64,000 bases of DNA from positions 992,001 through 1,056,000 of the forward strand of contig CATNEN010000035.1 of the NCBI GenBank assembly GCA_950097015.1. Reading direction: 5' to 3'. The stretch comes from Macrostomum hystrix (Eukaryota > Animalia > Platyhelminthes). Within the stretch, counting starts at the first letter, position 1. Each line of letters begins with the position of its first letter. This document shows, one piece after another, positions 49,708 to 60,551 of this stretch. A program made the translations under genes and the position numbers. The notes under the pieces were generated by a model. That model saw nothing but the letters and a program-made list of their open reading frames with translations. It made no database searches and was not told where the DNA came from.

Positions 49708-51910
49708 TCAATTGAACAGGTTGACTGAGGTGCGGCCGTCACCGATAGCGAAGAACTGCACATCTGGCAGCAGCTGGTCGGCCACTGACCGCAGCATTTC
49801 CAAGGCGCGGGAAGCTGCACCGGCTGGAAAGAGCGGCACGCAGGCCAGCGTCAGAGAGGGAGCAGCTGCCGCGGCTGCTGGCATCATCGAGAACAGCCTG
49901 AACTGTCCCGCTGGCACGCGAACCGCAGTGCCAAGATCGATCAGCCGGACAGTGACGTTGGGATTACCAGACATGGCAGGCGACAGAACCCTAGCCCGAT
50001 AGCACTGATCGTCTTCCAGCCTGACGACGCAATAGGCGCCAGCTGCCAGTTGGCAGTACGCCAATGGCAGAGCAATGAAACCTAAATCGGTGTACAGATA
50101 CTGCAGCCTGGAATGCAAAGCTTCGAATTGGCCAGCGAACACGGCCAGAGGTAGAACTCGGACGCGATCGATTGAGCAGCCGTCAGCGAGCAGTAAGGCT
50201 GCTCGGTGTTTGTCAGTTAGGCACAGACTGGCCGGCTTACTCAACAGATCTATTGCGCAACGATTAGCGCCGATGCGATGCAACTCAGCCGATGAATAGC
50301 GCACCCGGCCCAGTATAAGGCCGCTCTGCACACTATAGGCTCTATTGGGCGAGTTCAACGGAGAGTTAACGACAGCCTCCTGTACGCCGCTGCGAACCAG
50401 CTGCCTGTGCTGCTCGCTGAAGAACTCGGCCAGCTCGGGCCGGTCAACTGGCAGGCTCTTCAACAGGCCGGGATGAGAGGCCAGACGCACTGGCCAGGCG
50501 GCCTCGTCAGCCGGCTTCGTGCCGAACTCAACCAGCACCTGCGGCGATAAAAGATCGACGGACATCCGATTGTGAACGGAATACATCACTGAGTCTGCGT
50601 AGGATCGAAACGGAAATCCCTGAGAGTGTACACTAGCTAAGAAGGGAAATCCCAGAAGAGAATGTACAATGACAAATAAAAATCCCAAAAAACCTACAAA
50701 GACTTTTGAGGGAAATCCCCAGAGTCTACAAAGACTAATGAGGAAAATCCCAATAGAGACTAGAATGACTAATAAAAATCCTATAAAAAATCTACAAATA
50801 CTTTTAAGGGAAATCCCGAGAGTCTACAATGACAAATAAGGGAAATCCCATAAAAGTAGCTGCAAAGACTAAAGAGGGAAATCCCATAAAAAGAACTACA
50901 AAGACTTAAAAAGGGAAATCCCAAAAAAGAATATACAATGACTATTAAGATAAATCTCAAAAGAATCCGCGCTGACTAATAAAATAAATCCCTTACAACA
51001 CCCAATAACTAATCAGAGGCATTTTCAAAAGCAAATCTATAGCAACAAATAAAGGAAATCCCCAAAAATATACCTCCCGCTCAGCAAGCTGGTCAGTCAG
51101 CCAGGCGGCAGCGGGCTTGTCGTACTGGCGATGGCACAAGTCGGCCAGCTGGCAGCGGTAAGCTCGCGGTGGCTGTCCTGCAACGTCGGCCAGAAGAGCA
51201 GGACAGCGGCGAAGCAGACAAGCTGGCAGGCAGCAGCGATTGCCGAAGTCAACAAATTCAACTAGGCCGAAATTTCCAACTAGGACGCGCAGCAGCCTGG
51301 CCCGGAAGTAGCCGCACTCCGGTGGAAAATAAGCTATGCAGGCGGCTCCGTTGACAAAGCCGGGCTCGCCAAGGCGCAGATGCGGCAGAGACTCAGCCTG
51401 ACGACGCAGCTGGCTGTGCAGCTGAGCGAGTTCGGCCCGGTGTTTCACCGGCACCAGGTAGATTTCTCGAGTGCTCTCAATGTGCAGGACAACGCAGCGC
51501 GTGGCTTCGCTAGGCGGCGGCGGCTGCTGACGGAATGAGACTGCATAATCGGACTCAAGCTGGCCTGGGAAATGCTTGCCATTGGAATCATTGTTATTGA
51601 TGCTGATGCTGTTATTGTTGTCTAAGCACCTGTCCGCGTAGTCCACTGTGGGACTCTTCAATGACATTGGCAACAGCTTCGGCTGCTGAATGTTAGAGCA
51701 TTTCATTTGCACCTTTCGTATCTCATTGACTTCCAGCTGCTGCTGCTGCTGCTGCTGAGTAACAATCTCCTCATCTTCCTCGTCAAGTTCGAGTTGCAGG
51801 AGCTTCTGTTGCAGTTGCAGGAGGTTCTCACGCCGGCGTTCAAGAAAATCGCGCCTAACGCGATAATAAAGACCCAGTTGCGGCGATTGGCCATTGCGCT
51901 GATGTGACAT
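49708..51910 (-). CDS. Tudor-domain (extended Tudor, TDRD-like) protein with two Tudor domains, ~582 aa
   Basis: Exons 51910-51074 (ATG; CIAYF...YFRAR...VEFVDFGN; donor GAG|GTATAT) and 50619-49708 (acceptor TCTCAG|GGA; CVVRL...CYRAR...VRLIDLGT). Phase-0 junction. The C-terminus is uncertain. Confidence 0.82.
50640..50980. repeat. Degenerate ~33-bp intronic repeat carrying GGGAAATCCC
   Basis: Exact decamer at 50644, 50710, 50808, 50840, 50876 and 50913. Confidence 0.8.
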
Positions 51911-52785
51911 GGCCAGCTGAGATTTTAGCCCGCTGGAATTATAATCGAACGAAGAAGAGGCTCGGTAAGATTCCTAGGCGGTTATCAAAAACCTTGTTAG
52001 CTATTGAGAATCTAAGAAACTGTAACTGCTAGATTTCTCTGGAGCTTCGAAATATGAAGCTATTTGTGTCCTCGATCAAATAAATATACATTAGTGTGTC
52101 TGTCTCCCCAGTCCACGGACTGAACAGTTGTACACATAGTTTCAATAGCTGCGGCTGTCACTGGCTGAACTTTTGTCGAAACTGTACTAGGTGTTATTGT
52201 TTTCATATTTACCTACCTTTGCAATTAAATAATAAAGAAAGTCGCATAGTGTCAGACACAGAGATGGCCATTGCAGAATGTACATAAAAAGGACCATTAT
52301 TTATTAAGTGTTAAGACGTACGTACATTTGAATGCATTTTAGTAACAGAAACAAATTTAGATATTATAAAAATATTAATTGCAAACTGGGATTGAATTTG
52401 TTATCAACTAGCATAGAGTGACACAGGGTTTAGCATAGCTGCAATCAAATTAGAAATAAATGAATGATAAAAGACAGGAGGGGATAGGAGGATAAATGTT
52501 TTAGTTTGCGGGGTCTAAAATAAACAGGTGCGCACAATACACTACACTAATTATTGTATGCTCGTCTGTCTATTTAATTGGCAGAGCCAAGCAAAAAACT
52601 CGCATTAAAAAGGCATTAGTTGAGCATGTATTATTGCAGCAGAGCATACGCATAGAATTAATTATTGAATGGCTTTTTTTATTAAGTAGGAGTTTATGTT
52701 TGCTCAATCATTGGCATTGAAGCACACTCACCGGCTATCAAACGCAGATTATTACTATAAAGCTAAACAAACAGTGATAGCTGAT

Positions 52786-55700
52786 TCACTGCATGTCAGT
52801 CAGCAGAATGGCTGCACGTGAACCGCAGCCGTCATCAGTATCTAGCAGTAGGTGGGCGGCCATTTTGTCGCCAGAGTCGGTGGCAAAACCGCAGGCTGGA
52901 CAATAGAGATCGGCTAGGCCGTCCTCTTTGTTAATGCTGTCGTTTTCTGCATCGGTTTCCATGGCAACCTCGCTAGAGGCGGCGGCGGCATGCGAGGCAA
53001 CGTGCCTAGTGTAAGCAGGGCCGCAGCAGGTGGCATAGCGGCACTGGTCGGCAGTGCAGGGCACATAGTGTCGATGATCTGGTCCGTTAAGAGGCAGGCG
53101 GCATTCCAGGCAGAGCATGCCGCTGTCAAGATGCGGCGGCAAGCAGATGCTGCTCAGATCGCGAGCCGTCTCAGCCGGCGCAGCGTTCAGCGACTTTGGC
53201 TGGGAGGCGGTGGCGGTCTTCTGCAAATGCCGGGATTATGGAAGCATTTGATTAGGAAAGACTAAACAACTACGCCAGGCTTGTTATAAGAAAAGTTCCA
53301 GTCGATAGAGAAGCTATTGAGTTGATAGATGAGCAATTGAGTTGATAGATGAGCAATTGAGTTGATAGATAAGCTATTGAGTTGATAGATAAGCTATTGA
53401 GTTGATAGATAAGCCATTGAGTTGATAGATAAGCAATTGAGTTGATAGATAAGCTATTGAGTTGATAGATGAGCTATTGAGTTGATAGATGAGCTATTGA
53501 GTTGAGAGATAAGCTATTGAGTTGATAGATAAGCAATTGAGTTGATAGATGAGCCATTGAGTTGATGGATGAGCTATTGAGTTGATAGATGAGCTATTGA
53601 GTTGATAGATGAGCTATTGAGTTGAGAGATAAGCTATTGAGTTGATAGATGAGCTATTGAGTTGATAGATAAGCTATTGAGTTGATAGATAAGCAATTGA
53701 GTTGATAGATGAGCCATTGAGTTGATGGATGAGCTATTGAGTTGATAGATGAGCTATTGAGTTGATAGATGAGCTATTGAGTTGATAGATGAGCTATTGA
53801 GTTGATAGATAAGCTATTGAGTTGATAGATGAGCCATTGAGTTGATAGATGAGCTATTGAGTTGATAGATGAGCTATTGAGTTGAGAGATAAGCTATTGA
53901 GTTGATAGATGAGCTATTGAGTTGAGAGATAAGCTATTGAGTTGAGAGATAAACGATTGAATCGATTCAAGCGGAACACGAACCTGCGGTGTGGCAGACT
54001 GCTGCTGCTGTTGCTGTTCCAGCTCATCGAGCTGATGCAGATCTCCAGGCCGATGATCCAGCTGCTGGTGCATATTAAGATCAGACTTGGTGACAAAGGT
54101 CAGCAGGCACTGGTGGCAGCGCTTGCCAACGGCCAGCTGAGGATCATCGTCTTCAAAGTGACGCTGCAGGTGCTGCGTGAAGACGCCTGTGAGGCCACTG
54201 GAGTCGCCGCCGATGGCGCCGGGTGCGTAGGCGGCGCCAGACGAGCTGGGAAAGGTGATGCGAATGGCCTTCAGACACAGCGGACAGAGCAGGTGAGGCG
54301 ATGAGGCATGCAGGCGGCAGTAGTGGGCTAGGATGTCGCGCAGAACGCTAGTCCTGAAGCTGCACAGTTGGCAAGCGTACGGCATCTGTCTGCGCTGGTG
54401 CCTGGTGCGCATGTGCCTAGCAAACTGCTCCGTGTTGGCGAATTCTCTGTCGCAGACGCGGCACAGTTTGCGGCCAGCTGGGGTTAGATGCACTTCGGCG
54501 CGATGCTCGGCCAGCTGGTGATGACCGACAAAGGTGGCCGGACAGGTGGAGCAGCGGACAATCTCGGCAGAGCAGTCCTGAAGCAGGGCGGCAAACGGCT
54601 GGGAGGCCGGCTCAAAATGACTTAAAATATGTCGTACTGTGCTCAAGTTTGAGTAGAGTATCTTTGAGCACAGATGGCAACGAAAGCGTAGGTCTTGACG
54701 CGGCTCCGGCTGAGTTGGTAGCTGGCACTCTTGCCTGGCAAAGTAGTACACGTCCAGAGCCACCAGAACCTAGAAGAGAGGATTTGAAAAATAATATTCA
54801 TAATGGCAGTAGGGCTGGCCCACAAGGGCGTAAAGTGCACGACAAGCCTTCAAGCCTTCTCTCCGCGGCTGCGCCCCAAATAAATGTGGCCTCGCCGCGG
54901 AATCGAGCTCAGGGACCTTGGTGCGAGAGGCAAACGCGTTAACCGCTCTGCCACTGAACCCCTTAACAGAGGATTTATCAAGCGGCTATGTAGTATTAAA
55001 CCAAACAGATTCAAGGGATCTTGTAGCAAAAGCTTTAGCAGCGATTCGAACTCATGACCGCACCGAGCTTGTTTACTAACCGTATTTCCTTCCTGATCGC
55101 AAGGATTCTGCGAGTCGTGCACGTAGAGTTGATTTGGATCGTCGCCAAACGTGACAATCTCGATGCCCTCCTCCAGCAGGGGCAGGCCCTCTTCGTCTTC
55201 AAGAGCTTGACGGCCAGGGTCTTCTGAGCTCTACAAACGAAGCGATTGAAGAAATGCCTAAACTAATTATTATGATTTAACTTGGTCAGTAAATATCATC
55301 GGCATTGACTGTGAAATTACCTGACTAAAGTGAACAGCGCTAGACACCGTTGGATTAGCAGCCGCAGCGGCAGCAGCGGCAGCCGCACTGGCGGCAGCAG
55401 CTGCAGCAGCAGCGGCGGCGGCTGCGGCGTCCGCCTCAGCGCCGGCCAGTTGGCGCAGTTCGGCCGCTGTGCCAACCCGAATGCCAGGCGGGAGTAGGTT
55501 AGCGAGTCCGTTGGCTCGGCCCTGCAAAAGCAGGCCATTATGCTTAGGCCGCTGAATGCAGCCGGTGATGTGGATGGCGCATTGGTCGCGGTGTTGAAAA
55601 GCCGACTCGGCCAAGTCTAGAGCCTGATGCTCTTCCAAATCGCCGGCTCCCAAAGTGACGCCTTTCAATGGGCTCAGACGCTGCAGCTGCTGTTGCTGAG

Positions 55701-56037
55701 TCTGTTGGCAGATGACGGCGGGCGCTGTGTCGTCAGTTAGGAGGCGCTCAACGCGCCAGTCCTGCTGGGCGAGACTCTCGTAAACTGCGGCAACACCGGC
55801 GTGAGCCAATACGCCCAGTGAGCTAGTTAGCAACAGGCCGTTGGCATCAGTGCCGGCCTCTTCAACTGTACCAACTACATTAGCGGCTTCGGCTAGGGGT
55901 CGCAGGCCGGCTTGGAAGCGTTCTAGATCGGCCCTGCGCCTGGCTAGCTCCTGCAGCTGGATGTCGGACAGAGGCTCTTCATCGCAGGTCATGGTCAGAC
56001 TGCGGCCGACACCGCGTAGGACCTGGGGCAGCAGCAT
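52786..56037 (-). CDS. POGZ: POGZ/ZNF280-family C2H2 zinc-finger protein (Drosophila Row-like, no transposase domain), ~695 aa
   Basis: Exons 56037-55321, 55230-55081, 54769-53984 and 53220-52786, all phase 0 GT-AG. Motifs: SLTMTCDEEPL (cf. LFMECEEEEL), LDVYYFAR, FRCHLCSKILYSN, PYACQLCSFRTS...HLLCPLCLK, ATCCGPAYTRH, LYCPACGFATDSGDKMAAHL. Symbol is family-level only. Confidence 0.85.
53320..53950. repeat. 20-bp intronic minisatellite (GAGTTGATAGATGAGCTATT)
   Basis: Direct reading. Confidence 0.96.
54814..54962 (-). mobile_element. tRNA-derived SINE copy B (zinc-finger gene intron)
   Basis: Near-identical to 32391-32539; A box and degenerate B box on the minus strand. Confidence 0.8.
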
Positions 56038-56094
56038 GCTGGCCTGCTTAAAGGACGGAAACGGAAAGCCCTATTTAAGCTCGGCTGTGCCTGG

Positions 56095-56872
56095 CAACTG
56101 GCTAGCTGGGATTGGCTAGGATTGACAAAGTCATGGTAAACTGGGTCTGTGCCTGGCTAACTAGAATTGGCTGTGCCTGGCTGACTGGGATTGGATGTGC
56201 CTGGCTATCTGGAATTGGCTGTGCCTTGATAAAGGGGGATTGGCTATGCCTGGCTATCTGGAATTGGCTGTGCCTTGTCGGGGATTGGCTGTGCCTTGTG
56301 AGCGGGGATTGGCTGTGCCTTGTGAGCGGGGATTGGCTGTGCCTTGTAAACGGGGATTGGCTGCTTTAGGCTGACTGGGATTGGCTGTGTCTGGCTAACT
56401 GGGATTGTCTGTATCTGGCTGACTAGGATTGGCTGTGTCTGGCTAACTGGGATTGACTGTATCTGGCTGACTGGGATTGGCTGTATCTGGCTGACTAGGA
56501 TTGGCTGTGTCTGGCTAACTGGGATTGGCTGTATCTGGCTGACTAGGATTGGCTGTGTCAGGCTGATTGGGATTGGCTGTATCTGGCTGAATGGGATTGG
56601 CTGTGTCAGGCTAACTGGGATTGGCTGTGTCAGGCTGACTAGGATTGGCTGTGTCAGGCTGACTGGGATTGGCTGTATCTGGCTGAATGGGATTGGCTGT
56701 GTCTGGCTAACTGGGATTGGCTGTGTCAGGCTGACTAGGATTGGCTGTGTCTGGCTAACTGGGATTGGCTGTGTCAGGCTGACTGGGATTGGCTGTGTCT
56801 GGCTAACTGGGATTGGCTGTGTCAGGCTGACTAGGATTGGCTGTATCTGGCTGAATGGGATTGGCTGTGTCT
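56095..56872. repeat. ~24-bp minisatellite (GGCTGTGTCTGGCTAACTGGGATT) immediately upstream of the zinc-finger gene
   Basis: Direct reading. Confidence 0.93.
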
Positions 56873-57804
56873 ATTACACGAAAGCAGAAAACACAAAATT
56901 CGTTAATTTTGGGATAAAATAGTCTATAATCTCTATTTTATTGTATTTTAGGTGTTAATTAATGGACAAGACAAACCGCTAGCAAATTTAGTCTGCAACT
57001 AGCCAAGTAGAAAAAGATAGACTTGAAAAAACACTAATGAAAATATGTTAGTAAATCTGGTTAAACAATTATTTGAAAAAAACTAGATTCATTGTGAATG
57101 ATAGTAATCAATCTAAAAAGATAACGGCAAAAACATGATTAATCAGCATTCTAATTGATGTTACCTATGTTTTTTTATTAAAATGAGTTTGAGCTAAGAA
57201 GCGATATTATCGTAGATTTCACTGCTCGACCTAGGACAGCAAAGTTTAAGATAAAAACCTTTTTTAAATTATTATTAAAAGTTTTTCGCGCAAATTTTTG
57301 TAGCCGAAATACATTATTTGTATATTAGAATGACTAAATAAGCAGCAGAGTGAGACCACAAGCCACAAAAAATTTAACTTTTTGAAATTAAAGCGCAGTT
57401 ACATTTTACACAAAAATATGTTTTTAGAATCAACAAAGTTTTTATGTAATGCTGAATATTAGCTTTTAGCGAGAAAAAAAGCAAACAATGATTTTTAATG
57501 GTTTTGTTTTCCAAAAAATTACTTTAACAGTTTTTTCTTCCTAAAAATGAGGCGAAGGACAAACAATTGCTTTTCAAAGACACAAGCGATTTATTACTGC
57601 CACGTAGAGTAACGGATCAAACCTGAAATATTACCGTTATAAGCTCGTTTTTAATTATGGTTACCTGTCTCAATAGTATAGCTAGCATTAGTATAGCAAT
57701 CAATAGTATCGCAAAGCATATTTTCCTTTCCTTAGGGATCTACCAAGTTGTGTTCCCCCACTAAGATAAGCTAGCCTTATTCTAAAAAAGAGCAAATAAA
57801 ATGC

Positions 57805-57935
57805 AAACTATTCGTGGCCGGCGACCTTAATGCTATAAATAGAATAGTTCACGCAAGCTATTCGTGGCCGGCGACCTTGATGCTAATAATATAATAGTTC
57901 ACGCAAGCTATTCGTGGCCCGTGACCTTGATGATA
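57805..57935. repeat. 50-bp tandem repeat x~2.6 (CTATTCGTGGCCGGCGACCTT core)
   Basis: Core at 57808, 57858 and 57908. Confidence 0.85.
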
Positions 57936-59384
57936 AATCCGTCAATCCGACTATTCTTGTGGCAGTTAAATCACAGTACAAACAAATAAAACAACAGTTT
58001 TCGAACTCAGTATACAGCTGAGTATTGGTTAAAACAAGTTTTGAATATATAAAAATTCACAGTTTCACAGGTAAATTGTTTTTCATCCGCACCGCAAATT
58101 AAGCGAGTAGCGAGCAATTCTCAAAGTTTGAGATTTACCAACTGACACAAAAGTCCTAGGATTTGCTTACCCTTCTCGCCTATTTTAGCGGACACCGGGC
58201 ATTGTGGTCGACAGCTGAATGATTACAATAATATAGTAGAGTTTGCAGAAATGATATTATCTATTGATACATTGAAATATATTGTAAATTGAATCATAAT
58301 CAATTGTTGCTTATAGTTTTTAATGATAGGAAGATTCGTAAATAAAAAATTAGCTGCAACTCCAACAGAATTTATCTAAAAACCTGAATCGGCTGTTTTG
58401 CTGCAGGCAGTTTAGTGTGGCACTTTTTATAACCACAATTTTAGGACTAATTTTATAAACAAGTGTTGAATCAGCTGAAAATATAATGGTTGAAATTTTA
58501 TTTCGATTTAAAAAACCTACAAAAAACTTGCAGCCAAACTTTGCCGAAAAAAACTACGAATACAAAAATAAAGCTAATAATAGAATTGTCTTATTGACAT
58601 ATAACACTAACGATACGATAAGATTCGTGCATCACAAAAATCTTGTGTCACTGTTTTTTAATGATTTGGTATTTTATCTCTTACAATAGATGACAACCAG
58701 AAAAGAATTCATTGGCGCGAAAAAAATTAATAATAATAAAATAAAGGTTTAGTAAACAATGGTTCTAGTCCATGCATTGTTGATTTTAACAATACAAACA
58801 GCCTCTACAGAAAACGGTCCGATCAAATCATAGCTCGGCAAAAAAGACTACAAAAATGAAACAAAAAAAACCGACTGAAAAAAATATATTAGCGAGCAAA
58901 CGGAGCGGCTACTTGGTTTGGCGCTACAAAATCATAATTTCACAAAATAGAATATATAGGGACTGTGTTATTTCTAAAATATACTACTGAATCTAGTCTG
59001 GATAGTAGTGTATAAAGAATAATAATTATCTCTCAAAAGAAACTACATCTAAAAAGCTTTTCACGAGCAGAAAAAAACAGCGAAACATAAGCAATCAAAT
59101 GAGTGGCGCATATTGAAAACAACTGTAACCTCTATTATAATCTATTGTCTCTAAGATTCGGATAGTCAATTCATGATTTTTAACTAATAGAAAATTAATA
59201 CTAGAAATTTAGAAAAACGAAAAATGAGTGATTGAAGTCACTAAAAATACATTAACCTAACTACACAACTAGATAGTATAGGGGGATAATAAATAGAACT
59301 AAAATCGCTTTCTTAGAGGTACAAATCTACAATAGAACTGTGTCAACTCTTGTCCATCATTGTGTCCAGCCTCCAGAAGCCACC

Positions 59385-59591
59385 CTACTTTGATCCCTTC
59401 TTGCCAGCAGCGGCAACAGCGGCCGCACCAGCTTCTTCGCTGAGCGGCTTCTCGTGCGGAGCTGGCAGTTTGATGCCGTGCGGATCAACGCCCCAGATGT
59501 CCTTGGCGTACTCCATGATGGTGCGATCGGATGAGAATTTGCCAGAGGCGGCAATGTTCAGCAGGCTCATGCGGGCCCACTTGTTAACGTC
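59385..59591 (-). CDS. PYG: Glycogen phosphorylase, last coding exon (rest of gene beyond the window end)
   Basis: [35 protein letters not shown] matches the conserved GKFSSDRTI-xY-xIW C-terminal motif. Acceptor CACTCAG|GAC. Confidence 0.92.
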   Translation of the reverse strand, partial: DVNKWARMSLLNIAASGKFSSDRTIMEYAKDIWGVDPHGIKLPAPHEKPLSEEAGAAAVAAAGKKGSK

Positions 59592-60318
59592 CTGAGTGCG
59601 GGTTTTGGTAGGATTTTCCACACCACTCATCAATAATTATGAACAATAATAACATTAACTAATAATTAATTACACCTGCAGCTATTGCCTGGCGCATCTC
59701 CAAGTCCATGGACTGAGGGGACGCCAAACGCACCTTCAATTACCCCAGTCTTAATAGAAGTATTCTGCTAAAGGACACAAATAGTTTTCATTGATTAAGG
59801 AATTGAATCCCCGACTCTCTACCAGAACTCTAACAACTAGACAACAACCCCCCTAACAGTGTTCCCACTCCAATCTACCCATTTTTCCTCCGCAGCCTAA
59901 AGAAAATTCCGCAGATAGCTTAACCTATTAAATATGATAAGATTTTCAACAAAACTATGGAAAAAAACTTTTGAACAAGCATTTTTTTAAACTCAAAATA
60001 AGTAAGCAAGTCTAAGTCAATGTATTCTAGACTTCCAGTTTACAATCAAGTTGTCAACCCATCACATTGGCTGTGGATGGCAAAAAGTTCTTTTTATTCT
60101 ACTTTAACGAAAAAACAATGGCTGGCTCAATGTTTGCACTTTACGGAAAAGATTTGACGTGTCACGTGACACACAGGCACAACTGCTATTTAGTTACAAC
60201 TACAAGCATTAAACATTCTTTAGGTTCTATTCAACTGTTAATAAAAGTAAAACTAATTAAGTAAAGTTAACTACTAGAGATACAATACTTTGCTTATTAA
60301 TTAGACTGCTGCCAAGAC

Positions 60319-60527
60319 TAGAGATTGGACAGGATGAAGATTTTTGGGATTGGGATTCCTAATTTCGGGAATCGGGATTGCAATTCATGATTGAATTTCA
60401 GGTTTCAGCATTTAAAGATATGAATATATAAGATGGTTGGATGGGATCTCAAAATAATTTCAGAATCATGATCATGAGTTTGGCCAGGATCCCAGGCTTT
60501 TGTGATCGGGATCCAATCCTACCTCTA
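60319..60527. mobile_element. Nested 209-bp hAT-type MITE relic
   Basis: TAGAG...CTCTA termini with imperfect GATTGGA/TCCAATC inner arms; flanks GCCAAGAC / GTCAAGAC (7/8 TSD). Confidence 0.6.
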
Positions 60528-60551
60528 GTCAAGACGCGTGACATTGTCTTA

